NCBI GenBank assembly: GCA_026996805.1
Contig: JALWKB010000126.1
Coordinates: forward strand, 1 to 47,706
Origin: Saprospiraceae bacterium
GTDB taxonomy: Bacteria > Bacteroidota > Bacteroidia > Chitinophagales > Saprospiraceae
Direction of reading: 5' to 3'
Length of the DNA: 47,706 nt
Part shown: in pieces, positions 8,910-17,278 of the stretch
Numbering within the stretch: position 1 is the stretch's first letter
Layout: each line of letters begins with the position of its first letter
Program-made: the position numbers and the translations under genes
The notes under the pieces: model-generated
What the model was told of the DNA's origin: nothing
The model's database searches: none
The model's input: the letters and a program-made list of their open reading frames with translations, nothing else

Positions 8910-9779
8910 TCACTCGCCGAGATAATGCTTGAGGAGCTTGCTGCGATTGACCGAACGCAATTTGTGCAATGCCTTGTCTTTGATCTGTCGTACGCGCTCA
9001 CGTGTCAGGTCAAAGCGCTCAGCAATGTCTTCCAGCGACATGGGATGCTCCTCTCCTATGCCAAAGTACAGGCGTATGACATCTGCCTGACGCTTGGTCA
9101 GCGTACTCAGTGCGCGCTCGATCTCCTTACGCAAGGATTCCCGAAAGGTCAAATCGTGATCCGTATCCTTTGCATCGGGGTCTTCCAACACGTCGATCAG
9201 CGAATTGTCCTCTCCCTCGACAAAAGGCGCATCCATCGACACGTGTCGGGAGGCCACTCCGAGCGTCGTCTCAATCTCGGACTTGGGTATGTTGAGCGCC
9301 TTCGACAGCTCTTCAGCAGTGGGCTCGCGCTCGTATTTCTGTTCCAACTCGACGAGGGCCTTGAGGATCTTGTTGAGCGAACCCACCTTGTTGAGCGGCA
9401 GACGCACGATGCGGGATTGCTCAGCCAAGGCCTGCAAGATCGACTGGCGTATCCACCACACCGCATACGAGATAAACTTAAAACCCCGCGTCTCATCAAA
9501 ACGCTGCGCCGCCTTGATCAGGCCTAAGTTGCCCTCGTTGATCAAATCACTCAACGACAATCCCTGATTCTGGTACTGCTTGGCTACCGATACCACAAAG
9601 CGCAAATTGGCCTTGGTGAGCTTCTCCAGCGCTTCTTGATCCCCCTGCTTGATCCGCTTGGCGAGCTCAACTTCTTCCTCGGGTGTGAGCAGGTCGACCT
9701 TTCCGATTTCTTGAAGGTACTTTTCTAAAGAGGCACTCTCTCGATTGGTAATCGAACGGGTAATCTTTAACTGCCTCAT
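8910..9779 (-). CDS. rpoD: RNA polymerase primary sigma factor (sigma-70 family, short Bacteroidota RpoD/SigA type)
   Basis: Regions 2-4 are present: [12 protein letters not shown]...[17 protein letters not shown]...[14 protein letters not shown]...[15 protein letters not shown]...[25 protein letters not shown] prefer the ATG at 9779 over the TTG at 9785. Confidence 0.93.
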   Translation of the reverse strand: MRQLKITRSITNRESASLEKYLQEIGKVDLLTPEEEVELAKRIKQGDQEALEKLTKANLRFVVSVAKQYQNQGLSLSDLINEGNLGLIKAAQRFDETRGFKFISYAVWWIRQSILQALAEQSRIVRLPLNKVGSLNKILKALVELEQKYEREPTAEELSKALNIPKSEIETTLGVASRHVSMDAPFVEGEDNSLIDVLEDPDAKDTDHDLTFRESLRKEIERALSTLTKRQADVIRLYFGIGEEHPMSLEDIAERFDLTRERVRQIKDKALHKLRSVNRSKLLKHYLGE

Positions 9780-9961
9780 GTGCAATGGGATTTAACACTT
9801 TTATTTAACACACAAATCCGCCCTATGGTTGCGCTTCGCTCCACAGTTTAGACCATTATCACTCCAGTGAACGATTTCATACAGGCTCAAAACAGACGCT
9901 GTGAGACGTATTTGACAACAAACAAAGGGGGCTTTTGTTTATCATGTTCAAATCCACGACC

Positions 9962-10288
9962 ATGCAGATCAGCTTGTTGTACGTGACTCATCCAGACAAA
10001 AAACATGCCGAAACGCTGAGCAAAAAACTCATCGACGAGCACCTCATCGCCTGTGCCAACATCTTTCCGATTCAATCCCACTACATTTGGGAAGGCGCCC
10101 TCACCGACGACGATGAATACGTCTCTATACTGAAGACACACCCTCAGCTCGTGCCAAAACTGCGCGCGCGTATTGCCGAGCTCCACTCCTATGAAGTTCC
10201 CTGTATCTTGTCGTGGCAAGTCGAAGCCAATCCATCCTACGCTCAGTGGATTGTCCGCTGTGTACAACCCGCCTTAGAGTCCCCGTAG
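9962..10288 (+). CDS. cutA: Divalent-cation tolerance protein CutA
   Basis: The CutA1 pattern is present: LIACANIFP.QSHYIWEGAL..DDEYV.ILKT......L...I.ELHSYEVPCI. The start is uncertain (ATG at 9935, 9944 or 9962). Confidence 0.85.
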   Translation: MQISLLYVTHPDKKHAETLSKKLIDEHLIACANIFPIQSHYIWEGALTDDDEYVSILKTHPQLVPKLRARIAELHSYEVPCILSWQVEANPSYAQWIVRCVQPALESP

Positions 10289-10299
10289 ACCTGTAGCCT

Positions 10300-10875
10300 T
10301 CATCGGAGTCGTTCGGGATGCGCCTTGACGTAGGCTATCCAACTGGAATAATGCTGGGCGTCCCCTTCGGCTACTCGCCTATTTTGAAACAGATGACACA
10401 AGGCTGCAGCAATGGCATCGGTGGTATCGTGGGTGACCCGACCGAGCTGCTTGCCGATGAGGCGCTCGACCATGGCATGTACCTGCTCCTTGGATGCGTT
10501 GCCGTTGCCCGTCACCGCCAGCTTGATCTTTTTCGGCGAATACTCGTGGATTTCGAGCCCCATGGTAATCGCCGCGGTGATGGCCACTCCCTGCGCCCGT
10601 CCCAACTTGAGCATGCTCTGCACATTTTTGCCGTAAAACGGCGTCTCGATCGCCATCACCGCAGGCAACCAGCGCTCGATGAGCTCTTGTAGGCCGAAGT
10701 AAATCTCCCGCAACTTTTCTTGTGCCGTGAGTTTTGCACTCAACTTCAGGGCACCATAATCACAGAGCCCGATTCGCCCCCCCTTTGAGTCGATTACCGC
10801 ATAGCCCAGCACATTGGTGCCGGGGTCTACTCCGAGAATGCGATCCGCCAACAACCGTTGCAACACAGAATCCAT
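10300..10875 (-). CDS. ruvC: Crossover junction endodeoxyribonuclease RuvC
   Basis: Diagnostic segments are ILGVDPGTNVLGYAVI...MAIETPFYGKNVQSMLKLGRAQGV...SPKKIKLAVTGNGNASKEQV...DTTDAIAAALCH. Confidence 0.93.
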   Translation of the reverse strand: MDSVLQRLLADRILGVDPGTNVLGYAVIDSKGGRIGLCDYGALKLSAKLTAQEKLREIYFGLQELIERWLPAVMAIETPFYGKNVQSMLKLGRAQGVAITAAITMGLEIHEYSPKKIKLAVTGNGNASKEQVHAMVERLIGKQLGRVTHDTTDAIAAALCHLFQNRRVAEGDAQHYSSWIAYVKAHPERLR

Positions 10876-10888
10876 TTTAATCCAAAAA

Positions 10889-10896
10889 CAAATGTA
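10889..10896 (-). promoter_or_regulatory. -7 promoter box TACATTTG (TAnnTTTG) for ruvC
   Basis: The plus strand reads CAAATGTA. It lies 14 nt upstream of the ruvC ATG (10875). Confidence 0.4.
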
Positions 10897-11018
10897 TCTA
10901 CATTTTTTCTAATCCATCCCTTTTTCCATGTGCAGGTTTTCGAATTGTCGCCTACTCTTCAGCGCGCATTGAATGGATTTGCGTACTTTCACAGGTCAAA
11001 ATACAAGCTCTTACGCCT

Positions 11019-12269
11019 ATGGAATTACCATTCACCAACGACGCCATCATTCTGGGGATACTGATCATCGTATTGGCGGCTATATTTCAGACTTCCCGCT
11101 CGGAACATCCCTTATGGAAAAAATTTTACACCTATATACCGCCCCTTTTGCTGTGCTATTTCATTCCTGCCCTCATGCATTGGCCCTTAGGGCTCATTTC
11201 AGGGGAGCATTCCAAGTTGTATTTCGTCGCTTCGCGCTATTTGTTGCCGGCCAGTTTGGTGTTGTTGTGTTTGAGTATTGACTTCAAGGGAGTATTGCGT
11301 CTGGGGCCCAAGGCGCTGATCATGTTTTTTACAGCCACGATAGGAGTGATTCTCGGCGGACCGATTGCCTTGTGGATCACCGTCCATTGGATGCCGGGGC
11401 TGATCAGTGTCGAGCCCGATGCGCTGTGGCGCGGTCTGTCGACTGTGGCGGGCAGCTGGATCGGTGGAGGTGCCAATCAGGTGGCCATGAAGGAAATCTT
11501 CGAAGTCGACGACAACCTCTTTGGCTCGATGATCGTCATCGACGTGGTGGTGGCCAACATATGGATGGGCTTTCTACTCTACGGCGCAGGGGTTCATCAC
11601 AAAATAGATAAATGGCTCCGAGGGGATGTGCGAGCCATCGAAGATCTCATCCACAAAGTGGAAGAGTTTCGCAAGCGGGTGCGGCGCTATCCCGATCTGC
11701 CTTCGATCTACGGCATGTTGGCCGTCGCCTTTGGCTCGGTAGCACTGGGCCATTGGGGTAGCGACCTCATCGTCCCATGGATGAACCAGTATCGCGATAC
11801 ACTCCTACAATGGGGACTTTCCTCACTCATCTCGCCGTTTTTTTGGCTCATCGTAATCGTCACCACCCTCGGCATCCTGTGGTCGTTTACGCCGCTGCGC
11901 TCGTACGAAGGAGTAGGGGCCTCCACATGGGGCAGTGTGTTCATCTATCTGTTAGTGGCCACCATTGGAATGAAGATGAATCTCAACGAAGTGTTTTCCC
12001 ACTTAGGGCTATTCGTCATAGGCCTGATCTGGATGGCCTTCCACGTACTTTTGCTCCTGTCGGTAGCTTATCTCATACGGGCGCCCTTCTTCTTCGTCGC
12101 CGTCGGAAGTCAGGCCAACATCGGTGGCGCAGCCTCTGCACCGATCGTGGCAAGCGCAATCCATCCGTCCTTAGCGCCCGTAGGTGTATTGATGGCCGTA
12201 CTCGGATATGCCCTCGGCACCTATGGTGCAATCCTCTGTGCATACCTCATGCAGGCCGTCGCCCACTGA
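11019..12269 (+). CDS. Polytopic inner-membrane protein, DUF819 (YjcL-like) family
   Basis: The 416-aa product has about 10-12 hydrophobic segments. Its overall pattern (N-terminal ...AIILGILIIVLAAIF..., GSWIGGGANQVAMKE, GGAASAPIVA) matches my recollection of DUF819. The family assignment comes from memory, not a search. Confidence 0.6.
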   Translation: MELPFTNDAIILGILIIVLAAIFQTSRSEHPLWKKFYTYIPPLLLCYFIPALMHWPLGLISGEHSKLYFVASRYLLPASLVLLCLSIDFKGVLRLGPKALIMFFTATIGVILGGPIALWITVHWMPGLISVEPDALWRGLSTVAGSWIGGGANQVAMKEIFEVDDNLFGSMIVIDVVVANIWMGFLLYGAGVHHKIDKWLRGDVRAIEDLIHKVEEFRKRVRRYPDLPSIYGMLAVAFGSVALGHWGSDLIVPWMNQYRDTLLQWGLSSLISPFFWLIVIVTTLGILWSFTPLRSYEGVGASTWGSVFIYLLVATIGMKMNLNEVFSHLGLFVIGLIWMAFHVLLLLSVAYLIRAPFFFVAVGSQANIGGAASAPIVASAIHPSLAPVGVLMAVLGYALGTYGAILCAYLMQAVAH

Positions 12270-12296
12270 TGGCACTGCCAATTCCCGATTTTTTCG

Positions 12297-12304
12297 TATC
12301 TTTG
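12297..12304 (+). promoter_or_regulatory. Exact TATCTTTG -7 promoter box for the glgA-like / DUF4270 / glmS / DUF4290 / murA gene string
   Basis: TATCTTTGCAATTG lies 50 nt upstream of ATG 12354, in the 84-nt gap after the DUF819 gene. Confidence 0.5.
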
Positions 12305-12353
12305 CAATTGCTTATTATAGCAATGACCTTGAACGATTTAATCCCATAAAAGT

Positions 12354-13184
12354 ATGGAAAAGAAAAAAGTGCTCTTCATCACTCATGAAATGGCACCGTA
12401 TATCGAAACCGGTGTCATCTCCGAAATCATGACCAAACTCCCCAAAAAAGTCCAGGACAAGGGCAACGAAATCCGCATCCTCATGCCGCGCTTCGGCACC
12501 ATCAACGAGCGCAAACACAAACTCCACGAAGTCATCCGCCTCTCAGGAATGAATATCGTCGTCAACGACGAAGACTATCCCCTCATCCTTAAAGTGGCCT
12601 CCTACCCCGGCATGCGCATGCAAGTGTACTTCTTGGACAACGACGAGTTTTTCCACAGAAAATTCCTCTTTCACGACGAAACAGGCCAGCCCTTCGAAGA
12701 CAATGTCCACCGCATGGTCTTCTTCTCCAAAGCCGCCATGGAAACCGTTCGCAAATTCGGCTGGCCACCCGATATCGTGCATGCCAGCGGCTGGATGTCC
12801 GCCCTCATCCCCTTCTACGTCAAAAAGGTCTACCACGACGACCCCATCTTCACCCATGCAAAAGTCGTCTATACCATCGACAACCCCACACTCGAAGACA
12901 CCTTCGACGAATCGTTTTTCGAAATCGCCGCCATCAACGGTATCGACCCCGACGAACTCAGCGCATACCGACAGGGGAATAAAATCTCCCTCCACAAGGG
13001 AGCCATCCACTATTCCGATGCCGTCATCAAGGCGCAAGACCCCCTACGCGATGAATTAGAAGCACTCGTCAAAAACAGCGGCCTGCCCGTCATGACACAC
13101 AAAGGCATGGAAGACGAACAAATCGAAGAATACCTCCACTTCTACGATTCCATACTCGAAGAGGAAAAAATCGAAGAACATTGA
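12354..13184 (+). CDS. Glycogen/starch-synthase-like protein (GT5 N-terminal domain only, 276 aa)
   Basis: The N-terminus KVLFITHEMAPYIETG and GWPPDIVHASGWMSALIP match the starch-synthase catalytic (Glyco_transf_5) domain. The protein ends where the second Rossmann half of a normal ~480-aa GlgA would begin. Confidence 0.75.
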   Translation: MEKKKVLFITHEMAPYIETGVISEIMTKLPKKVQDKGNEIRILMPRFGTINERKHKLHEVIRLSGMNIVVNDEDYPLILKVASYPGMRMQVYFLDNDEFFHRKFLFHDETGQPFEDNVHRMVFFSKAAMETVRKFGWPPDIVHASGWMSALIPFYVKKVYHDDPIFTHAKVVYTIDNPTLEDTFDESFFEIAAINGIDPDELSAYRQGNKISLHKGAIHYSDAVIKAQDPLRDELEALVKNSGLPVMTHKGMEDEQIEEYLHFYDSILEEEKIEEH

Positions 13185-13267
13185 CCACACCGTCTTATCA
13201 CCACCAGCAGCAATTGCACTGAGCTCGTAAAGAGAATATTTCCGAGCGACAAGGCGTTAAACCTCCG

Positions 13268-13275
13268 TAATTTTG
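13268..13275 (+). promoter_or_regulatory. -7 promoter box TAATTTTG (TAnnTTTG) directly ahead of the DUF4270-like gene
   Basis: TAATTTTG ends 8 nt before ATG 13284. If functional, it would give a very short or leaderless mRNA. Confidence 0.35.
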
Positions 13276-13283
13276 TCTTCTGT

Positions 13284-14705
13284 ATGAAATGTAGAAGCAC
13301 ACTCAGAGTGGGTCTGTTTGTCCTCGCAATCTACGCCCTGTTCCAATGCAACAAACCCAATAACATCGGAAGCGACTTAGCGGGCAATACGATCGACTCG
13401 ATCTATACCACGCGTAAAATCGGATTTTCTACTTACGTCGGCCCTGCCGACAGCGTGCGCACCTGGGAAGCCTTTGTTGACAACACCATCAATCCCTCCA
13501 AATTAGAGCGCTTCCTCTGCGGCGAAATCCGCGATCCCATCTTTGGCCCATTGCAATCGACCATCTTCACCCAAATCCGAACCGAATCCGACCCTGATCT
13601 CGATCTATCTCCAGAGCGAGGCTTTCGCGTCGACTCGGCTTTTATCCTCCTCCAAATCGATACCAACGCCCATTACGGCGACCCCAAGGCCAAAATGGAT
13701 ATCCTCCTCTACGAGCTGGCCGAACAACTCCAGCCCGCAAGAGACTACTACACCTCCGACAGCGTGCCTTATCACCTCACCGTCGTAGGAAAAACCACAG
13801 CCGTGCGACCCTCACCAAAAGACACCGTGCGCATTAGCTTTAAGGCAACCAGCACTGTCGACACTTTTCTCTATGCCGGTGCAGTAAAGATCCCCATTAC
13901 CGACGATGTACTACTTCAAAAACTCCTCTTCGACTCCACCGTCTTCCAAAATCCCTCCACGCTTTCCAAGCACTTTTACGGATTTCGAATAGAAGTCCAT
14001 CCCGAAAACAGCAATCGCTTAGTGGGCTTCGCCTTGTCCACCTTTCAATCTTTCTTGCAGGTCCATTACAGCAATGCAGATACCGTCATTCACCGACGCT
14101 ATTTTTTTAACGATTACCCCATTGCCGATGTGGTGGCTGTCAAGGGCATCACAGTACGCCGCAATTACGCAAACACACTGGTCGATAGCCTACGAAGTAC
14201 ACCCGAAGCCGACGTCTACGGCTTGTTGCAGGGCCTGGGAGGCGTGCGTTCTCGCATACAGCTGGATCCCCTCCCCGACACGCTCCGCAATCGCGTGGCC
14301 GTACATCTCGCCACCTTGCGCTTGCGTACCGTCCAATTAGACCGTGACGATACCCTACTGTATCCGCCGCCTAAAATCGTGGTCACTGCCTACCGCCATG
14401 CCGATGGAAGTTATACCCTCACCAGAGAAGCTTCACTCGCCGTCAATGATTATTTGCAAAACGACGATCTGTACCGACTACGAGTGACCTACGGGGGAAT
14501 CCTAAGTGCCGACCAAAAAGGCACGTATTACGAGATCAATATCACCAGCTTCGTACAAGACTACTTTTACGGCCAAAACGACGGACAGTTTTACATCAGC
14601 CTCATCAATAGCCAAGACAATCCCTATCGCCTGGTGTTTTGTCCGCCGCGCACGGCCAATTGCGACAGCTATGTGGAAATCTTGTACAGCAAAATCCAAC
14701 CCTAA
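13284..14705 (+). CDS. Lipoprotein of unknown function (DUF4270-like by position and size)
   Basis: The signal peptide has a lipobox-like LFQC. The 473-aa product sits in the position (between the short glgA-like gene and glmS) that DUF4270 proteins occupy in other Bacteroidota. The family call is from recollection of synteny, not a search. Confidence 0.6.
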   Translation: MKCRSTLRVGLFVLAIYALFQCNKPNNIGSDLAGNTIDSIYTTRKIGFSTYVGPADSVRTWEAFVDNTINPSKLERFLCGEIRDPIFGPLQSTIFTQIRTESDPDLDLSPERGFRVDSAFILLQIDTNAHYGDPKAKMDILLYELAEQLQPARDYYTSDSVPYHLTVVGKTTAVRPSPKDTVRISFKATSTVDTFLYAGAVKIPITDDVLLQKLLFDSTVFQNPSTLSKHFYGFRIEVHPENSNRLVGFALSTFQSFLQVHYSNADTVIHRRYFFNDYPIADVVAVKGITVRRNYANTLVDSLRSTPEADVYGLLQGLGGVRSRIQLDPLPDTLRNRVAVHLATLRLRTVQLDRDDTLLYPPPKIVVTAYRHADGSYTLTREASLAVNDYLQNDDLYRLRVTYGGILSADQKGTYYEINITSFVQDYFYGQNDGQFYISLINSQDNPYRLVFCPPRTANCDSYVEILYSKIQP

Positions 14706-14710
14706 CACCT

Positions 14711-16555
14711 ATGTGTGGTATCGTCGGCTATATCGGCTCCACTGACGTAACCCCGCTCCTCATCGAAGGGTTGAAGCGCCTCGAGTACCGCGGATACGAC
14801 TCAGCCGGCATTGCCGTACTTGCCGACGAGGCCATACACGTCCGCAAATGCAAGGGAAAAGTGAGCGACTTGGAGCGTCGGGTTCGACACCAACCGCTAC
14901 CTACCTCCACCCTTGGCATTGCCCACACCCGCTGGGCCACCCACGGCGAACCCAACCACATCAATGCCCATCCCCACCTGTCGGGCAATCAGAGATTGGC
15001 CATCGTCCACAACGGCATTATCGAAAACTATCACGAGCTGCGACAGGCCCTTGCCGAATTGGGCCATCATTTCATCAGCGAAACCGATACCGAAGTGCTG
15101 GTACACCTCATTGAGGAATACCAACGACGAGAGCAATGCACGCTGGTTGAGGCCGTGCGCTCCGCATTAAAGCACGTGGTAGGGGCATATGCCATCGTCG
15201 TGATGGATCGCACCCAGCCCGACCAACTCGTCGCTGCGCGCTTGTCCAGCCCACTCGTCATCGGCTTGGCCGACGAAGGGTATTTCGTCGCCTCCGATGC
15301 CACACCCATCGTGCCACATACCAACAAGGTCATCTACCTCAATGATGGCGAAATTGCCCTCATCCGGCGCACATCGAAGGTGCAAATCACCAATATCGAC
15401 AACCAAATCTGCACGCCTCAAGTGCAGGAACTCGACATGAAACTCGAAGAAATTGAGAAGGGCGGCTATCCCCATTTCATGCTCAAAGAAATCCACCAAC
15501 AACCGCTCACCGTCGCCGACGCGATGCGCGGCCGTATCGACAGCAAGGTGGGATGGATTCGCCTCGGCGGCATGACCGAACACCTCAACCGCATCCTGCG
15601 CGCACCGAAGTTTACCCTCATCGGATGTGGCACTTCCTGGCACGCCGCCCTCATCGGCGAATACTTGCTCGAAGACATCGCCCGCATCCCCGTCGAAGTC
15701 GAATATGCCTCCGAATTCCGCTATCGCAACCCCGTCATCCGCAATGACGAAGTCGTCATCGCCATCTCCCAATCGGGCGAAACCCTCGACACTATGGCCG
15801 CCCTCGAACTGGCAAAGCGCGAAGGAGCTTTTACCTACGGCATCGTCAACGTCGTCGGCTCGAGTATCGCGCGCATGACCCAGGCCGGCTCCTACATCCA
15901 CTGTGGCCCCGAAATAGGTGTGGCTTCAACCAAGGCCTTCACCGGACAGGTGACCGTCCTCACACTCATGGCCCTCTACTTGGCCCATCTCAAAGGCGTT
16001 ATCTCCCGCTCCTATTTCCACCAATTACTTACCGAACTCGAAACCATCCCCGAAAAAATACAGACCATCCTTCGCGACACCTCCCACATCGAATACATCG
16101 CCTCCGAAATCAAAGACAACAACAATGCGCTCTACCTCGGCAGAGGGTACAACTTTCCCGTGGCCCTCGAAGGCGCACTCAAACTCAAGGAAATTTCCTA
16201 CATCCACGCCGAAGGATATCCCGCCGCCGAGATGAAACACGGCCCCATCGCCCTTATCGACGAAAATATGCCCGTCATCGTCATCACGACCAACACCAGC
16301 GCCCACGACAAAATAAAGAGCAACATCGAAGAAATCAAGGCCCGCAAGGGCAAAGTCATCGCCATCACCACCGAAGAACAAACCGATATTCAAACACTGG
16401 TCGACTACTCCGTCACTATTCCAAAAACAATCGAGCCCCTTTCGCCGTTATTGTCCGTGATCCCCCTTCAATTGCTTGCGTATTACATAGCCGTAATGCG
16501 CGGCTGCAACGTCGACCAACCCCGTAACCTCGCAAAATCCGTAACCGTCGAATAA
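14711..16555 (+). CDS. glmS: Glutamine--fructose-6-phosphate aminotransferase (isomerizing)
   Basis: The canonical N-terminus is MCGIVGYIG (Cys2 nucleophile) at ATG 14711. Two SIS domains follow, and the C-terminus is NLAKSVTVE. Confidence 0.97.
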   Translation: MCGIVGYIGSTDVTPLLIEGLKRLEYRGYDSAGIAVLADEAIHVRKCKGKVSDLERRVRHQPLPTSTLGIAHTRWATHGEPNHINAHPHLSGNQRLAIVHNGIIENYHELRQALAELGHHFISETDTEVLVHLIEEYQRREQCTLVEAVRSALKHVVGAYAIVVMDRTQPDQLVAARLSSPLVIGLADEGYFVASDATPIVPHTNKVIYLNDGEIALIRRTSKVQITNIDNQICTPQVQELDMKLEEIEKGGYPHFMLKEIHQQPLTVADAMRGRIDSKVGWIRLGGMTEHLNRILRAPKFTLIGCGTSWHAALIGEYLLEDIARIPVEVEYASEFRYRNPVIRNDEVVIAISQSGETLDTMAALELAKREGAFTYGIVNVVGSSIARMTQAGSYIHCGPEIGVASTKAFTGQVTVLTLMALYLAHLKGVISRSYFHQLLTELETIPEKIQTILRDTSHIEYIASEIKDNNNALYLGRGYNFPVALEGALKLKEISYIHAEGYPAAEMKHGPIALIDENMPVIVITTNTSAHDKIKSNIEEIKARKGKVIAITTEEQTDIQTLVDYSVTIPKTIEPLSPLLSVIPLQLLAYYIAVMRGCNVDQPRNLAKSVTVE

Positions 16556-16565
16556 AACGTAAACC

Positions 16566-17252
16566 ATGGTTGAAAGAGTTTTAAAACGCAATATCCCTTA
16601 CTACACCGAACTGGATCCGCTCAAAATCTCCACCTACGGGCGCAACATCCAAAACCTCATTCAGTACGCCAAGGAGATACAAGATCCCGACCGACGCCAA
16701 CAAATCGTCGAATACATCATCGAACTGATGATCGAGGTCCAAAAAAACGGCGAAAACATCAAGAGTAAAGACCTCAAACAGCGCCTCTGGAACCACCTGA
16801 TGGAAATCGCCGATTACGAGCTCGATGTCAAAATACCCGAAGGCGTCACCATCATTAAAGAAGACCTGCGCGTAGCACACGATCCCCTGCCCTACCCCCA
16901 ACAGCGCTACCGCTTCCGCCAATACGGCCATTTCGTGCTCAAACTTATCGACAAGGCCGTCCAAATTGAAGACGAAAACCTGCGCAAAAATTTCGCCGTG
17001 CTCATCGGAAGCTACATGAAATTGGCCCGCGTCAACTGGAACAAAGAAAGCGAAATAAGCAACGACAGCATACGCGCCGATCTCATCAAAATGTCGGAAG
17101 GAAGGCTTATCATACCCCCAGATGCCGACCTCGATATGCTCATCAACGCACCATTGAAGCGACAGACCAAGGTGCTCAAAGCCCTCGAAGTGCAAAAACA
17201 AAAGCAGACAAAGAAGAAAAAGAAAAAGCGCAAGAAGAAGCGATCCCATTAA
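16566..17252 (+). CDS. DUF4290-like protein with polylysine C-terminal tail
   Basis: The 228-aa product lies immediately upstream of murA, as DUF4290 genes do in Bacteroidota (recollection). The C-terminus is KQKQTKKKKKKRKKKRSH. Confidence 0.6.
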   Translation: MVERVLKRNIPYYTELDPLKISTYGRNIQNLIQYAKEIQDPDRRQQIVEYIIELMIEVQKNGENIKSKDLKQRLWNHLMEIADYELDVKIPEGVTIIKEDLRVAHDPLPYPQQRYRFRQYGHFVLKLIDKAVQIEDENLRKNFAVLIGSYMKLARVNWNKESEISNDSIRADLIKMSEGRLIIPPDADLDMLINAPLKRQTKVLKALEVQKQKQTKKKKKKRKKKRSH

Positions 17253-17278
17253 CCCCAGGCCGACCCAAATAACCCGGC

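Noticed and set aside
14639-14710. 24-codon N-terminal extension of the glmS ORF in the track (and similar upstream extensions at 221, 5157, 5252, 19920, 23024, 26755, 39617)
   Set aside because: GlmS must begin with Met-Cys. The other extensions precede obvious signal peptides or conserved N-termini, use TTG/GTG codons, or overlap the upstream gene. I chose the downstream ATG starts.
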